Assembly (NCBI RefSeq): GCF_006345805.1
Contig: NW_021832537.1
Span: forward strand, 12,936-76,935
Reading direction: 5' to 3'
DNA: 64,000 bases
DNA from: Octopus sinensis
Taxonomy: Eukaryota
The notes beneath the pieces were generated by a model. It saw only the letters and a list, made by a program, of their open reading frames with translations. It ran no database searches and had not been told where the DNA came from. This document shows, piece after piece, positions 37,295 to 48,278 of the stretch; the first letter of the stretch is position 1; every line of letters starts with the position of its first letter. A program made the translations under genes and the position numbers.

Positions 37295-39175
37295 TTAAGG
37301 ATCTTGCGCAATGTGAACTCGGTTTATTAAAGGAATATCACTGGTAGAATCTTCTTTGTGGGCAATAATAACTCTAAGCGTATCTGTGAAGCCACTGCCT
37401 TTTCTGGCACCTGTCAAAATGACGACAAAATCATTTTCATGTATGAAATTTTTCTGGAAGCCAACTCTAATGGCCATTGAAAGTCTATTCTGGACATCTT
37501 CACCCCAACAAAGGGCTCTTGGATCAGGATAATAGATTGGAAATATTCCCCGATACAAGTTAGATTGTCTGGCTACCTTTCCATTCCTCGTAACCATCAG
37601 AATGTTTGCTCGAGGACGGAGAGTGGCAACCAGATGTGCGGACCTTGGAGGGTGACCATTGAAGACTACCTCCCAGTAGTAGTCAACACCACAATAACAG
37701 ATGCCATTGAGGCATTGGCAGCTTCAAGAGCAGAAATAGCAATAGTCTCAGTTGTGTCAGCCCCAATGCCTTGCATTATCCTCATATCTGAGTAGAAACG
37801 TTGGTAGTAAACAGCAGACTCAGCCTCGAGAGCAATTTGATGCATCATTTGGACTGTTTTAATGGGGTATTTTCCCTTTGCTGTTTCCCCCGACAGCATC
37901 ACACAGTCAGCTCCATCCAAAACAGCGTTTGCCACATCTGAGACTTCAGCCCGAGTAGGACGTGGATTATAAACCATACTTTCCAGCATCTAAGGGTGTT
38001 GACGTAGGAATAACTTGAGTAGCACATATCACAGGCTTCCGTTCCCGATTACATCGTCCAATCATCATTTTCTGGGCTATAAATACTTTCTCCGGCAACA
38101 ATTCTATTCCCAAATCCCCCCTGGCAACCATTATTCCGTCAGATTCGCACAAAATCTCATCAAAACTACGCCATCCCAATCCCCCAATACTTGACAATTC
38201 CTTCATAGTTTTCGATTTTGGAGATAATCTTGATTTCCTGCCCCTCAGCACCCAAAATATCTCGTATTGCTCGAACGTGAGCAGCAGAACGAATAAAGGA
38301 GGCAAAAACCATGTCCACGTTCATCTCCACCCCCAGGAGCAAGTCTTCCTTGTCCTTTTCCGACACTGCTGGCAAGTCGACGTTCGTTTTGGGCAAATTG
38401 ACTCCTTTTTGAGAACCCAAAGTCCCACCATTATCGACAACACACAACAGAGAGTCCCCATCTATCAGATACGCACAAATAATCCAACCCTTGCTCAGCA
38501 CGGTGAGACTGACAAGTCCATCGTCAATATAAATATGCTTGTTGGGGGCGACAGTCGTACTAATATTGGCATAGTCCACGTAGATCACACTTGGAGAACA
38601 TTTTGTCCGCCATTTCGGATCTGAGGTGATTTTCACATTCGCTCCGGCCACCAATTGAATTTCAGTGGCCCCACATGCCTACAAAGTCAATCATAAAAGA
38701 CCTCATCAATCAACCCAGTTCTTATTTCCGGCCCCTTTGTGTCCAAGGCTATTCCCAAGGATGCATTTGGACCAAATTGCCTGGCAGCTTCTCTTAAATT
38801 ATCGACGGTCTCTCGGTGATACTAAAACTAGTAATTCTCCTACATCACCTTGTGGGTTCCATGAGAGAAATTCAGGCGTGCCATATTCATTCCTGCTTCG
38901 AGCATTCCCACTAATGTATTAATTTCCCTGGAAGCAGGTCCAATTGTGCAAATAATGCCAGTTTTCCTGATTTGACCTGGTTCAGAATCCACGTCCAATA
39001 AACAGCTATGTTGTAATGTAGAGCAGGCACAGCTCGCATCCAATTGTTGATCCTTTATGAAACATACAGTCCCGTCTGTATTCTCCACTTTTTTGCACAA
39101 TCCGAGTTCTTCCAGACGAGCTATTGAAGCAGAGTTTTTCATTTGGTTATAAGACAAATTTTTTTCCCCGAACAT
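37295..39175 (-). CDS. PK: Pyruvate kinase
   Basis: [81 protein letters not shown] and [10 protein letters not shown]. Introns are 23-27 nt. Confidence 0.95.
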
Positions 39176-39925
39176 AAATGCGAAAGATTAACAATCACGT
39201 TAAATATAAAATCAATCTATTTTTAAATTTACACCGTATTGTAAGACGAATTTACTTTTATAAATAATTTATATAATTATTTATATAACAAAAGAATTTC
39301 TGTAAATTGGGATAAATTAAATAAATTGAGTCCCTTTAAGAAAATGCAAATTTTACGAGGCTGCCGTCAAATCCGAGCCAAGTTTCCTCAGAAAATTGTG
39401 ATCTTACGAGACGAGAATAGAAAATCTTGGACCAACATGAAATGGCTGAACAAAACGCGGATCATTTCGAAACACTATTGGACAGTCGAGCAATACTAAC
39501 GATTGATTAGTTATACCCATATTGTTTGGTATTAATCTCATTTAGTCTTTATTGATTCTATTTGAAATAACTACAAATAGTTGCAAGCTCCATGCTGTCC
39601 AGACCCTGATGACCTAATGTTTTCAAATAAGGAACACAGAAACTATATCAAGACAGTATTGGTTGGATCTTGAACAAACTGTTTTGCAGAGGCACCACCT
39701 TACTACTAGGAGAATGAATCAAAGTACTTACCCAGAAATCACACAAAACTAAGGGTAATGTTGAAATCTTATATTTTTGGTGTTAGACAAGCCCAGTTCA
39801 AAAGAGATTAGCCAGCATTGTTTTCAAAAAATGGATAGTTGGCTACACTCATACTTTCCGCAGTATCATAATTTCTAAAAATCAACTAAGGAGACCAACT
39901 ATGAAGAAAATTTATTCTACTAAAG

Positions 39926-41910
39926 CAGCGGTTCTCAACCTTTTTTAGACTGGGGACCACTTTTGCACTATAAAATTTTGTGGGGACCACCTTAAATAAA
40001 ATAAACATTTTTTGGTATTAGCGCACAATTTTTGGCCTCGTCAGGGCCAGGTTTAGACATGTTCGAATATTTATTATAAAAATAACATGAACATTATGAA
40101 AATAACAGAAAATTTAATAGTAATTTAGTGAGATTTCTGATCTTGTTTGCTCAGAATAATTTTACTTATATCAGGCTCTATGTTCGACAAAGCTACTCGC
40201 ATATCATCTTGTACCCGTAGTCTATTTCTATATTTTGTTTTTAGAAAAGTCAGACACGACATCGCCATTTCACAGTGATAAGTAGTGGGGAATGCAAGTA
40301 TTGATTCCAATGCAGTTTTACTCAAAATGGGGAATTCTTTCGCCATCTGACACCTAACAATAAAAAGTAATTATTAATGAGAATACCACCTTGTGGAGTG
40401 GGTCGAGTGTATCCCAAAGGAAGGCTGCCATCCTTGCTGCTGAAAAAGCGCGTGGTACACACCTAGGGACCATAAAAGGCTATGTGTCGGCTAAGTATGG
40501 TCTAGGTGCTACCCAAGTTAATGTGAAGGAGTTGATCAAACTTCAAAAGGAGTCTTTAATTAAAAAGATCAACTTAAAAGTCCTTCACAAGACTCTCTTT
40601 AGCAGCCTGGACAACCCGCACATTGACGTATCGTCGTCATCTACGTGGCTGAAATAGGAATAACTCTCCCCGATCAGAAGGGTTGTTCTCATATTTGCAG
40701 GATAGAAACTTTTTTAATGGTCAACGGAAACAGTGTAACCACTGTAAGGCAATGACCGTTGACCATTTAGCCACGAAGTGCGGGAGTATGCTTACCATGA
40801 TTACACATGGAGGCATAACGAGGTGGTGAGGTCCCTCCATCTTTTGCTCTGCAATAAGTACGGCTTGAGGCGGTCCAGAAAGTTGCGAACCCATCGTTCA
40901 ATCGGTGTGTGAGAACTCGCGGGTGTGCATTAAGGTGGATACCCCCATACGCACCTCGATTGTTGTCCAGCACAACAGACCCGACATTGTGGTCCACGAT
41001 AAGGTCACCGGGGAGATTGTTATCGTGGAGGTGGGCATCACGTGCCTAGACCGTTTGCAGATAGTGGAAGTGGAGAAAAGGAGGAAGTATGACCTCCTTG
41101 CAAACGAGCTAGGACTGATGCACCAGTGCAAAGTCCATGTCATCCCGTGTGTGATGACATGGGATGGACTGGTCACCAATACCACAAGCGGTACTTAAGA
41201 CAGTTGGATGTAGATAAGTCTCTACAGGCTTATATACAGTCAACTGTTCTTAAGAGGACTCTGGAGAGTGTCTCGTTTGATGCTCGCCGATCCAGCCCTT
41301 TCCTGACGTTTAGTCAGCAAGAGGCGCTGGACTGCACCTTCTCGAAGGTCTACAGTGCCAGAGAAGAGGAGGAAGAAGGGGAGGAGGTGCGTGGAGTGCC
41401 GCCTTCTGCTCACTTCGAAGGCTCTGGACTTAGTTAGTAAAATTACTTAGTTAATTAGTTTCTTTCTTAATAAATAGTAAGTCTGAAAAAAAAAAATGAG
41501 AATACCAAAAATCTAATAATGAAGTACATTTGAAAATAATCTGACCAGACTGATTACATTGAAGTTCAATCAAGCTCTGCTGAAAATTGAGTTCCTGATA
41601 TTCTTTAAATGAGGTCAAGAAAGGTTGAACGATCCAGTTTGGAATTGGGTCTTCAACAGGAAAATAATCATCAAATTTTGTCTTGAGATTTTCCAGATGT
41701 TTGATTATCAGACTTAGAAGAACATTATCCGGTGGGTTGGGGACCACTAAAAATTTTCTGGGGACCACGATTGAGAACCGCTTGATTAATTTCAATGTTT
41801 TTGATTTATCCTTAATTGTACAATTAGTTTTAACTTTAATATATTTTTATTTTTCGAAAATTCCTGGGGACCACTAAAAATTTTCTGGGGACCACGGTTG
41901 AGAACCGCTG
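39926..41910 (-). mobile_element. Internally deleted hAT (Charlie/ZBED5-like) transposon with TIRs and near-perfect 8-bp TSD, interrupted by a retrotransposon
   Basis: TIRs CAGCGGTTCTCAACC (39926) and GGTTGAGAACCGCTG (to 41910). Flanks TACTAAAG and TACTAAAC. Subterminal TGGGGACCAC repeats. C-terminal FPTTYHCEMAMS.L..KTKYRNRL..KQDQKSH. Confidence 0.85.
40389..41496 (+). mobile_element. 5'-truncated R4/Dong-like retrotransposon with poly(A) and 12-13 bp TSD
   Basis: DTPIRTSIVVQHNRPDIVVHD..IVEVGIT..EVEKRRKYDLLA..TWDG..YIQSTVLKRTLES. A11 tail at 41486-41496. ATGAGAATACCA is duplicated at 40377 and 41496. Confidence 0.85.
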
Positions 41911-42068
41911 TACTAAACGAACATTGTGGAAGGTTTAAATAACGTGGACTTGATTAATTTCTAACAGGAACTAAAAACATAACTTCTCTTATTGCTTTTC
42001 TAAATAAACAGTTTTTAATTGAATTAATAAAGGAAACCCAAAGGAAATAATTATTAGTGAGAATGTTT

Positions 42069-43153
42069 CTAACAAGGAAAATCAAGCCCCTTTTGGATAT
42101 CATCCTTCAGAATTGGAAGTGCAATATCAAACATATCCTGTTGTTGTTGAGTCAACTCAGGCAAAGGTAAAACTCGTTCTACTCCCGAAAGTCCGAATTC
42201 CAGTGGAGACGCGAAATAAGAAGCAGAAGTGATGTCTGATTTGACAAAAGCGCACTCAACAACTCCCTTTTCGCCGGAAAGCCCTCGAAGAATAGCGTTT
42301 ACAATCTCAAATCCAGCAGCTGCCATCGATAATGTCGCCGAACCCTAAATAAATTAATTTTATTTCAGAAATACATTCCCCTTTTTGGCTTCTACAACTA
42401 CAGTTCCAGCATTTCTTATTTTAGAGCACATATCTTGAATATCCTCAGGAGAATGTTTTTTGTCATTAATTGTGGTCCTCAGTAGAGGGACAATTGTGGT
42501 CCCCGAATGTCCACCTATGCAAATATCCTTCATTTCTGCCGGGTCAAGACCCTTGAAAATACTCGAACAAGAAAAACAAGAGAATTTGCTAGAAAAGTTC
42601 TAGTTCTGAATAAATCAAGTGTTGTGACGCCAACAAGTTGTTTGGAAACGTCAAACTCAGTATTCTCGAGAATCTTTGCAGCAAGTGGGACGAGAGTATT
42701 AACCTGAAAAAAATAAAATAAAAATAACTGGATTGGTGATAAGAGCTACAATTGCATTGGGACAGTTTTCTGCAACGGCTTCAATTAAGCCCTTAACAAT
42801 CTTTGCATTAACGTTGAACAAGTCTGCTCTAGACATATCTTGGAATGTATCACAAAACCACAAACTTGGTTTTCTGGGCACACCAGCTGGAATTACCACG
42901 ACATTTGCGCCCAAAAGAGCATCGGACAGCTTCTCAGGAGGAAAACTTGCAACTTTACACTTTGTTGAAATATGGGACAAATCTTCAGCAACTCCAGCGG
43001 AATCGGCAACGTCGTATAGGTTGAGCTGACTTATAAGATTACATCTTGTTTTAAGAAGTAGACACAAAGGTTGGCCTATTCCTCCACAGGCTCCGAGAAT
43101 AGTAACTTTAAAAGACTATTTCATAATAAAAAACAAGGTCAAACCGTAGTCAT
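42069..43153 (-). CDS. MDH2-like: Malate dehydrogenase, mitochondrial/glyoxysomal (MDH2) type, apparently without an N-terminal presequence
   Basis: MTT|SFKVTILGACGGIGQPL, DLSHI, PAGVPRKP.MSRADLF, ITNPVN, TTLD, GGHSG, NAGT.VVEAK and GSATLSMA. Five introns of 25-30 nt. Confidence 0.9.
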
Positions 43154-43239
43154 AGCAAACTAATAATTATTTATTAATTGATTTATTAAACAAATCCAAA
43201 TTAGTAAATTCATTGAAGTACAAAAAAATATCTTATGAG

Positions 43240-43800
43240 AATTTTGGTTCCAACTTTCTTCTCTTAGCTATCGATCCGCCTCCTTCCGCCAGATTCATGG
43301 GCCGAAATACAGCGTCTGTATTCTTGACAGGTTCCTCTGGTGTCGTGGTGGTCGTTTTCTTTATTTATTTGTTCATTGATTGCTTGCTTCGCCGCTGTTT
43401 GATGGAGTTTATACTCCGGGCGCATGCTTTCCAATGTTCTCTTGATCACGATTGACTGGATATAAGCTCGCGTAGATTCCTGGACTTGTAAGGAGTTCTG
43501 GTAGTGCTTATAAAATTTGGATGTTATTCCATCCCACGTGAAAACCAGCGGTACGACATTCACCTTTACATTATGGATTCACCTCAATTCTCTTGATAAA
43601 AGGTCGTATTTATGTAATGTCTCAACTTCCACATGCTTCAAAAATTGTTGAGAAGTAATCCCAACTTAGATCAGCGTAATGATGTTCCGAACTTTGTCGT
43701 AGAATGTCCGGTTTATTATTATTGACTATAGTATCCGTCTTGATCGTCGTGTCCACACGTATTTCGACTACCTCATTAGAGACAGTCGACTGTACGGAGT
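43240..43800 (-). mobile_element. R4/Dong-like RLE retrotransposon 3' fragment (decayed)
   Basis: IRVDTTIKTD..NKPDI..VGITSQ..HKYDLL..VVPLVFTWDGI..RAYIQSIVIKRTLESM, with stops and frameshifts. Confidence 0.75.
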
Positions 43801-45291
43801 GGGTAAAAACTAGTGCTTTTTGGAAAACAACTCAAAAATAAAAACTATGTCCATTTCGCATTTTGCGAAAATTTCTGTAAAGAAAACGTTTGTGAATTTC
43901 CTGTCGAATTTGGTACCCAAATAATTAAGGATTTGAAGAAACAATTTCTTGAAGGATTTTCTGACCTTGACAAGAGAAGCGATTAAATAAGGTTTTTTGA
44001 TTAAAATTAAAAAAATCATGTTTAAATCAAAAAAATCATGATTTTTAACAACCCTGATGTTAATGTCAATAAATGACGTACATTATATTAATCAAAAATG
44101 TAATAAATGAAGAATTTTTATTATTTGAACACTTTGAACCCGACACAAGAGGGTTAACAATTTTCAAAACTATTGAACAATATTTGTGGAGACATGAAAT
44201 ACCCCCTTATCAAATTTTGACAATTCGATATTCAGATTTTACATTTTAGATCAATTTTAACAAATATTTTTATATAAGGACTTTTTCTAAAAGACAATTT
44301 TATTAATCAGGTTAATGGAATCCCAATTGTACAATTTGCAATGATTTTTTCTGCATTTCTGTAAAAATTCCGCATTTTCTCACGAGTTAGATTTGTCATA
44401 GAATATTCTAACAGATTTTGTAATAATAGTGCTCGAAATTCCATTAGCGTTCCATTTCCTGCTGCATGAACATATAGTTGAAAGGGTATTTAGTGCAGTC
44501 TCCAATATTTTGACCAAAAAAGAAATAAATTACAAATTGTGAATAAAAGAGATTTGAGATTTAAATAGTGAAGATGACATAAAGAAACTAACAAATCCTC
44601 ATCAGGCACATGTACAAAACTCAGAATATAATACTTGTTCAGTTCAGGGATGTTTATTTTGATATGAATATAATATGGGGGATTGATAATATTCAAATGC
44701 CGAAATTAAATACACTGTGTTGTTAATTTTTTTTGTTTTATCTGACGAGGTGTGCTGTGCTGAGATTCTTACTGAATTGATAGCCAACAAAAAATACTCA
44801 AGACATAGCCGGTTGATCAAACACAGACTGACAGTCCCACCAACACCCCGCCAGGAACCGCAGCCTTAAAATCTACGGAAATCACTTTACACCAACAAGA
44901 CTATCAATATTTGAACTACTTCCAGTACAGTCGAAACACAAATATCCCCCAATTCTTTAATAATATCGTCCGACCAACTAGTACCCAACAATCCGCCCCA
45001 TTTCTGAGAGCAAAATCAATCTTTTTTTGGAGAATGTCTGTAAGCTTGTTACTGAAGCTATCCTACCAGTCACACAAATCATCGAGACTCCACTAGCCTG
45101 AAGAACCATCAAGCACAAAATCCAATCGCCCCTGGATGTGTTGTTATAATATTACGCGACCTGTTCCGCCAATTACTACCTTTTCCTAATAAATTTCCTG
45201 CTCTTTGCATATTCCTACTGCGATAGAAAGAGGTTGACCATTGCTGTCTCTTCATAAGACATAGAGTCGGGAATTCTTATTTTTTACTTTA

Positions 45292-46437
45292 CAAATCTTG
45301 CTGAAAATTTTATAACGCAAGAATAGAGTAGATAAAAAGGTTTTAGACGAGCTGTAAAAAGCGCATATTATCGAGAAATATTTAAAACTGATCCCCTGAA
45401 AAAACGAGCTCGATTGATAGCACACACGTGGAGAACTGAGTATGGATTGTAATAATTACGCAAATCTTGTTGAAAATTTTAAAACGCAAGAATAGAGTAG
45501 ATAAAAAGGTTTTAGACGAGCTGTAAAAAGCGCATATTATTGAAAATATTTCAAACTGATCCCCTAAAAAAACGAGCTCGATTGATATCACACACGTGGA
45601 GAACTGAGTATGGATCTTTATAATTACGCAAATCTTGTCGAAAATTTTAAAACGCAAGAATAGAGTAGATAAAAAGGTTTTAGACGAGCTGTAAAAAGCG
45701 CTTATTATCGAGAAATATTTAAAAATGATCCCCTGAAAAAACGAGCTCGATTGATATAACACACGTGGAGAACTGAGTAAGGATCTTTATAATTACGCAA
45801 ATCTTGCTGAAAATTTTAAAACGCAAGAATAGAGTAGATAAAAAGGTTTTAGACGAGCTGTAAAAAGCGCATATTATCCTAAAATATTTCAAACTGATCC
45901 CCTGAAAAAATGAGCTCGATTGTTATCACACACGTGGAGAACTGAGTAGGGATCTTTATAATTACGCAAATCTTGCTGAAAATTTTAAAACGCCAGAATA
46001 GAGTAGATAAAAAGGTTTTAGACGAGCTGTAAAAAGCGCATATTATCCTAAAATATTTCAAACTGATCCCCTGAAAAAATGAGCTCAATTGTTATCACAC
46101 ACGTGGAGAACTGAGTAGGGATCTTTATAATTACGCAAATCTTGCTGAAAATTTTAAAACGCCAGAATAGAGTAGATAAAAAGGTTTTAGACGAGCTGTA
46201 AAAAGCGCATATTATCGAGAAATATTTCAAACTGATCCCCTGAAAAAATGAGCTCGATTGTTATCACACACGTAGAGAACTGAGTAGGGATCTTTATAAT
46301 TACGCAAATCTTGCTGAAAATTTTAAAACGCCAGAATAGAGTTAGATCAAAAGGTTTTGACAGCTGTAAAAAGCGCATATTATCCAGAAATATTTCAAAC
46401 TGATCCCCTGAAAAAATGAGCTCAATTGTTTTATCAC
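45292..46437 (+). repeat. 169-bp satellite, left block (about 7 monomers)
   Basis: ATAATTACGCAAATCTTGCTGAAAATTTTAAAACG..GACGAGCTGTAAAAAGCGCATATTATC..GAGCTCGATTG.TATCACACACGTGGAGAACTGAGTA recurs every 169 bp (for example 45961 and 46130). Confidence 0.97.
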
Positions 46438-48278
46438 TAGGGCAACCAAAAAATTGCACTTTTTAATAAAAAAATTGCAAAAATGATTTTAAAAATTGTA
46501 AAAAATTGCAAAAAAATTTTTTTTAATTGTAAACATTACATTATGCAAAAAATTAACGAAATTATTTATTGTAATAGGAAATCAAATATTCCTGAACATT
46601 TTCAGGTTTAAAGTTCCTCTCTTTACTAAGAATTTTCGTCAAAAGAGATATTGCCCTTTCGATAGATGCTGAACTTGCGCTACATTTTCTGAGATGTGAA
46701 TAAACTTCTGGCGATAGATTCTTATTTGAGAATTCAAGAATACTTAGTATTCCTGATTTCTCAAGCTTTTTTGATATATAGGATTTTATGTCGCATGGAT
46801 CTGATGTAAAGTCTAGGGTGTTTAGATCACCATAAGCTGTTGCAATGGAGTAATCAAGCAATTCAGTATTTGAAATCATTTCAATTAATCCCAAATAATT
46901 TGAACTGATTTGGGTTAAGCTTGGAAACAACGTAGGATTATTCACTGATTTTTTGCCTAAAATAATTAAAAACTAAAACATTTTGTATTAAAACTCCATC
47001 TCCTTCAAATTCAGATACGATTTTAATAATTTCTGGAAGATTCTGGGAGTAATATTTTGCTGCTTTTAGCCAGCTTCCCCATCTTGTAACCACAACTTCG
47101 GGTGGATTTCCGATTCGTGAAAACATCTCCAAACGTCTCTTGTTTTTGACTGTGGCAGCCTTTATAGACGAAATCAATTCATCAACATCTGCGAAGTATG
47201 CCTTAATCTTTAGAGCACAGTTGTGCAATAAATGTGACACGCAAGTCACGTGGAAAAGATTTTGGTATATCAATTTCATTGATGCCCCAGCTAAAATTAA
47301 ATTTATTTATATATACCACTGGTCATATATCTCGCCCCATCTGTAACGAATAATATAAAATTTTCACGTTCAATAGAAAATTTCTTTATTACTTTGTCCA
47401 CCTCAACACAAATTGTTGAAGTAGTAGGCGGATATATAGATTGGTACACGATACTAAATGAAGATTTTTTGGAGTGGAGATTTTCCCAATCAAAGTAATT
47501 AAAAAACGAGTTCCATTGATTTGGGCTTCATCACAAACAAAAAAAAACACATTCCCCACTATTGAATAACTTAAAAAAAACAACAGTAAATGAGTCTGAA
47601 TGGTATTAATTTTATATTTTGATATTTCTTTAACATTTAACCTGCAAGATGATTCAGATGGCAAAGGATATGTTTCCTGCTCAAAAAGCCGTATGAGGGA
47701 AGGATGTCTGATTTTATAAATTGGTATGTTTGCCTCCAAAACGCTTGTGTTACTTTGATCCCCCAATCCTTTCGAGTATCCGTTATCGCCGAAAGAAATG
47801 TTTGTGAACTCTGAGATGAATTTGTCCATTCTATAAATTTAAATTCAAAGAAATACTGTGTGCTTTTAAATGTTTTTTTGAAGAACGGTGCGCATCAAAC
47901 AAAAATTTTGTGTCACACCGTACAACAGTTGAGCAATTGGAGCAAAATAAATTCCCTTCACTGTCAATAACAAACTCGGGGAATTTCTTTGCATAAAATG
48001 AAATTTTCTGTGACACTGTCCTTTTACCCATTACAACAAACAACTAAAACACGTTTTAATAATCTTTTACTTATAATTATATTATTTTTTAATAAAAAAA
48101 TTTTTTTTTTAATTTAAAAAATTGCAAAAAATTGTAAAATGACTACAAAAATTGCAAAAAATTGCAAATTTAAATCGAATAAAAATATAATTAAAATTAA
48201 TGTCTATTCATTACTTTATTATTTATCGAATTTTAATTAATTATATTTAATTGCAAAAAATTGCAATTGGTTGCCCTA
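46438..48278 (-). mobile_element. hAT transposon (CGGBP1-like family) inserted in the satellite; transposase about 46562-48031 with micro-introns
   Basis: Perfect 12-bp TIRs TAGGGCAACCAA / TTGGTTGCCCTA. TTATCAC is repeated on both sides. Zinc finger C..C..H..S.KH, VCDEA, VTDGARYM, HVTCVSHLLHNC and TRWGSW. Confidence 0.85.

Noticed and set aside
39380-39490. Possible RTE-like LINE fragment (RDEN..DHFETLLD)
   Set aside because: Too short and degraded to support a call.
18209-43153. Bacterial operon or horizontally acquired metabolic block
   Set aside because: All three enzymes are animal-type, carry spliceosomal introns and are separated by unrelated genes and TEs.
43990-44058. hAT-like terminus (reverse complement CAGGGTTG..ATCATGATTT)
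   Set aside because: No partner TIR or TSD was found in the window.
46090-46110. CACGTG in the satellite as a yeast CDEI-like centromere element
   Set aside because: The context is ACACGTG rather than RTCACRTG, many monomers read CGCGTG, and there is no basis for point centromeres here.
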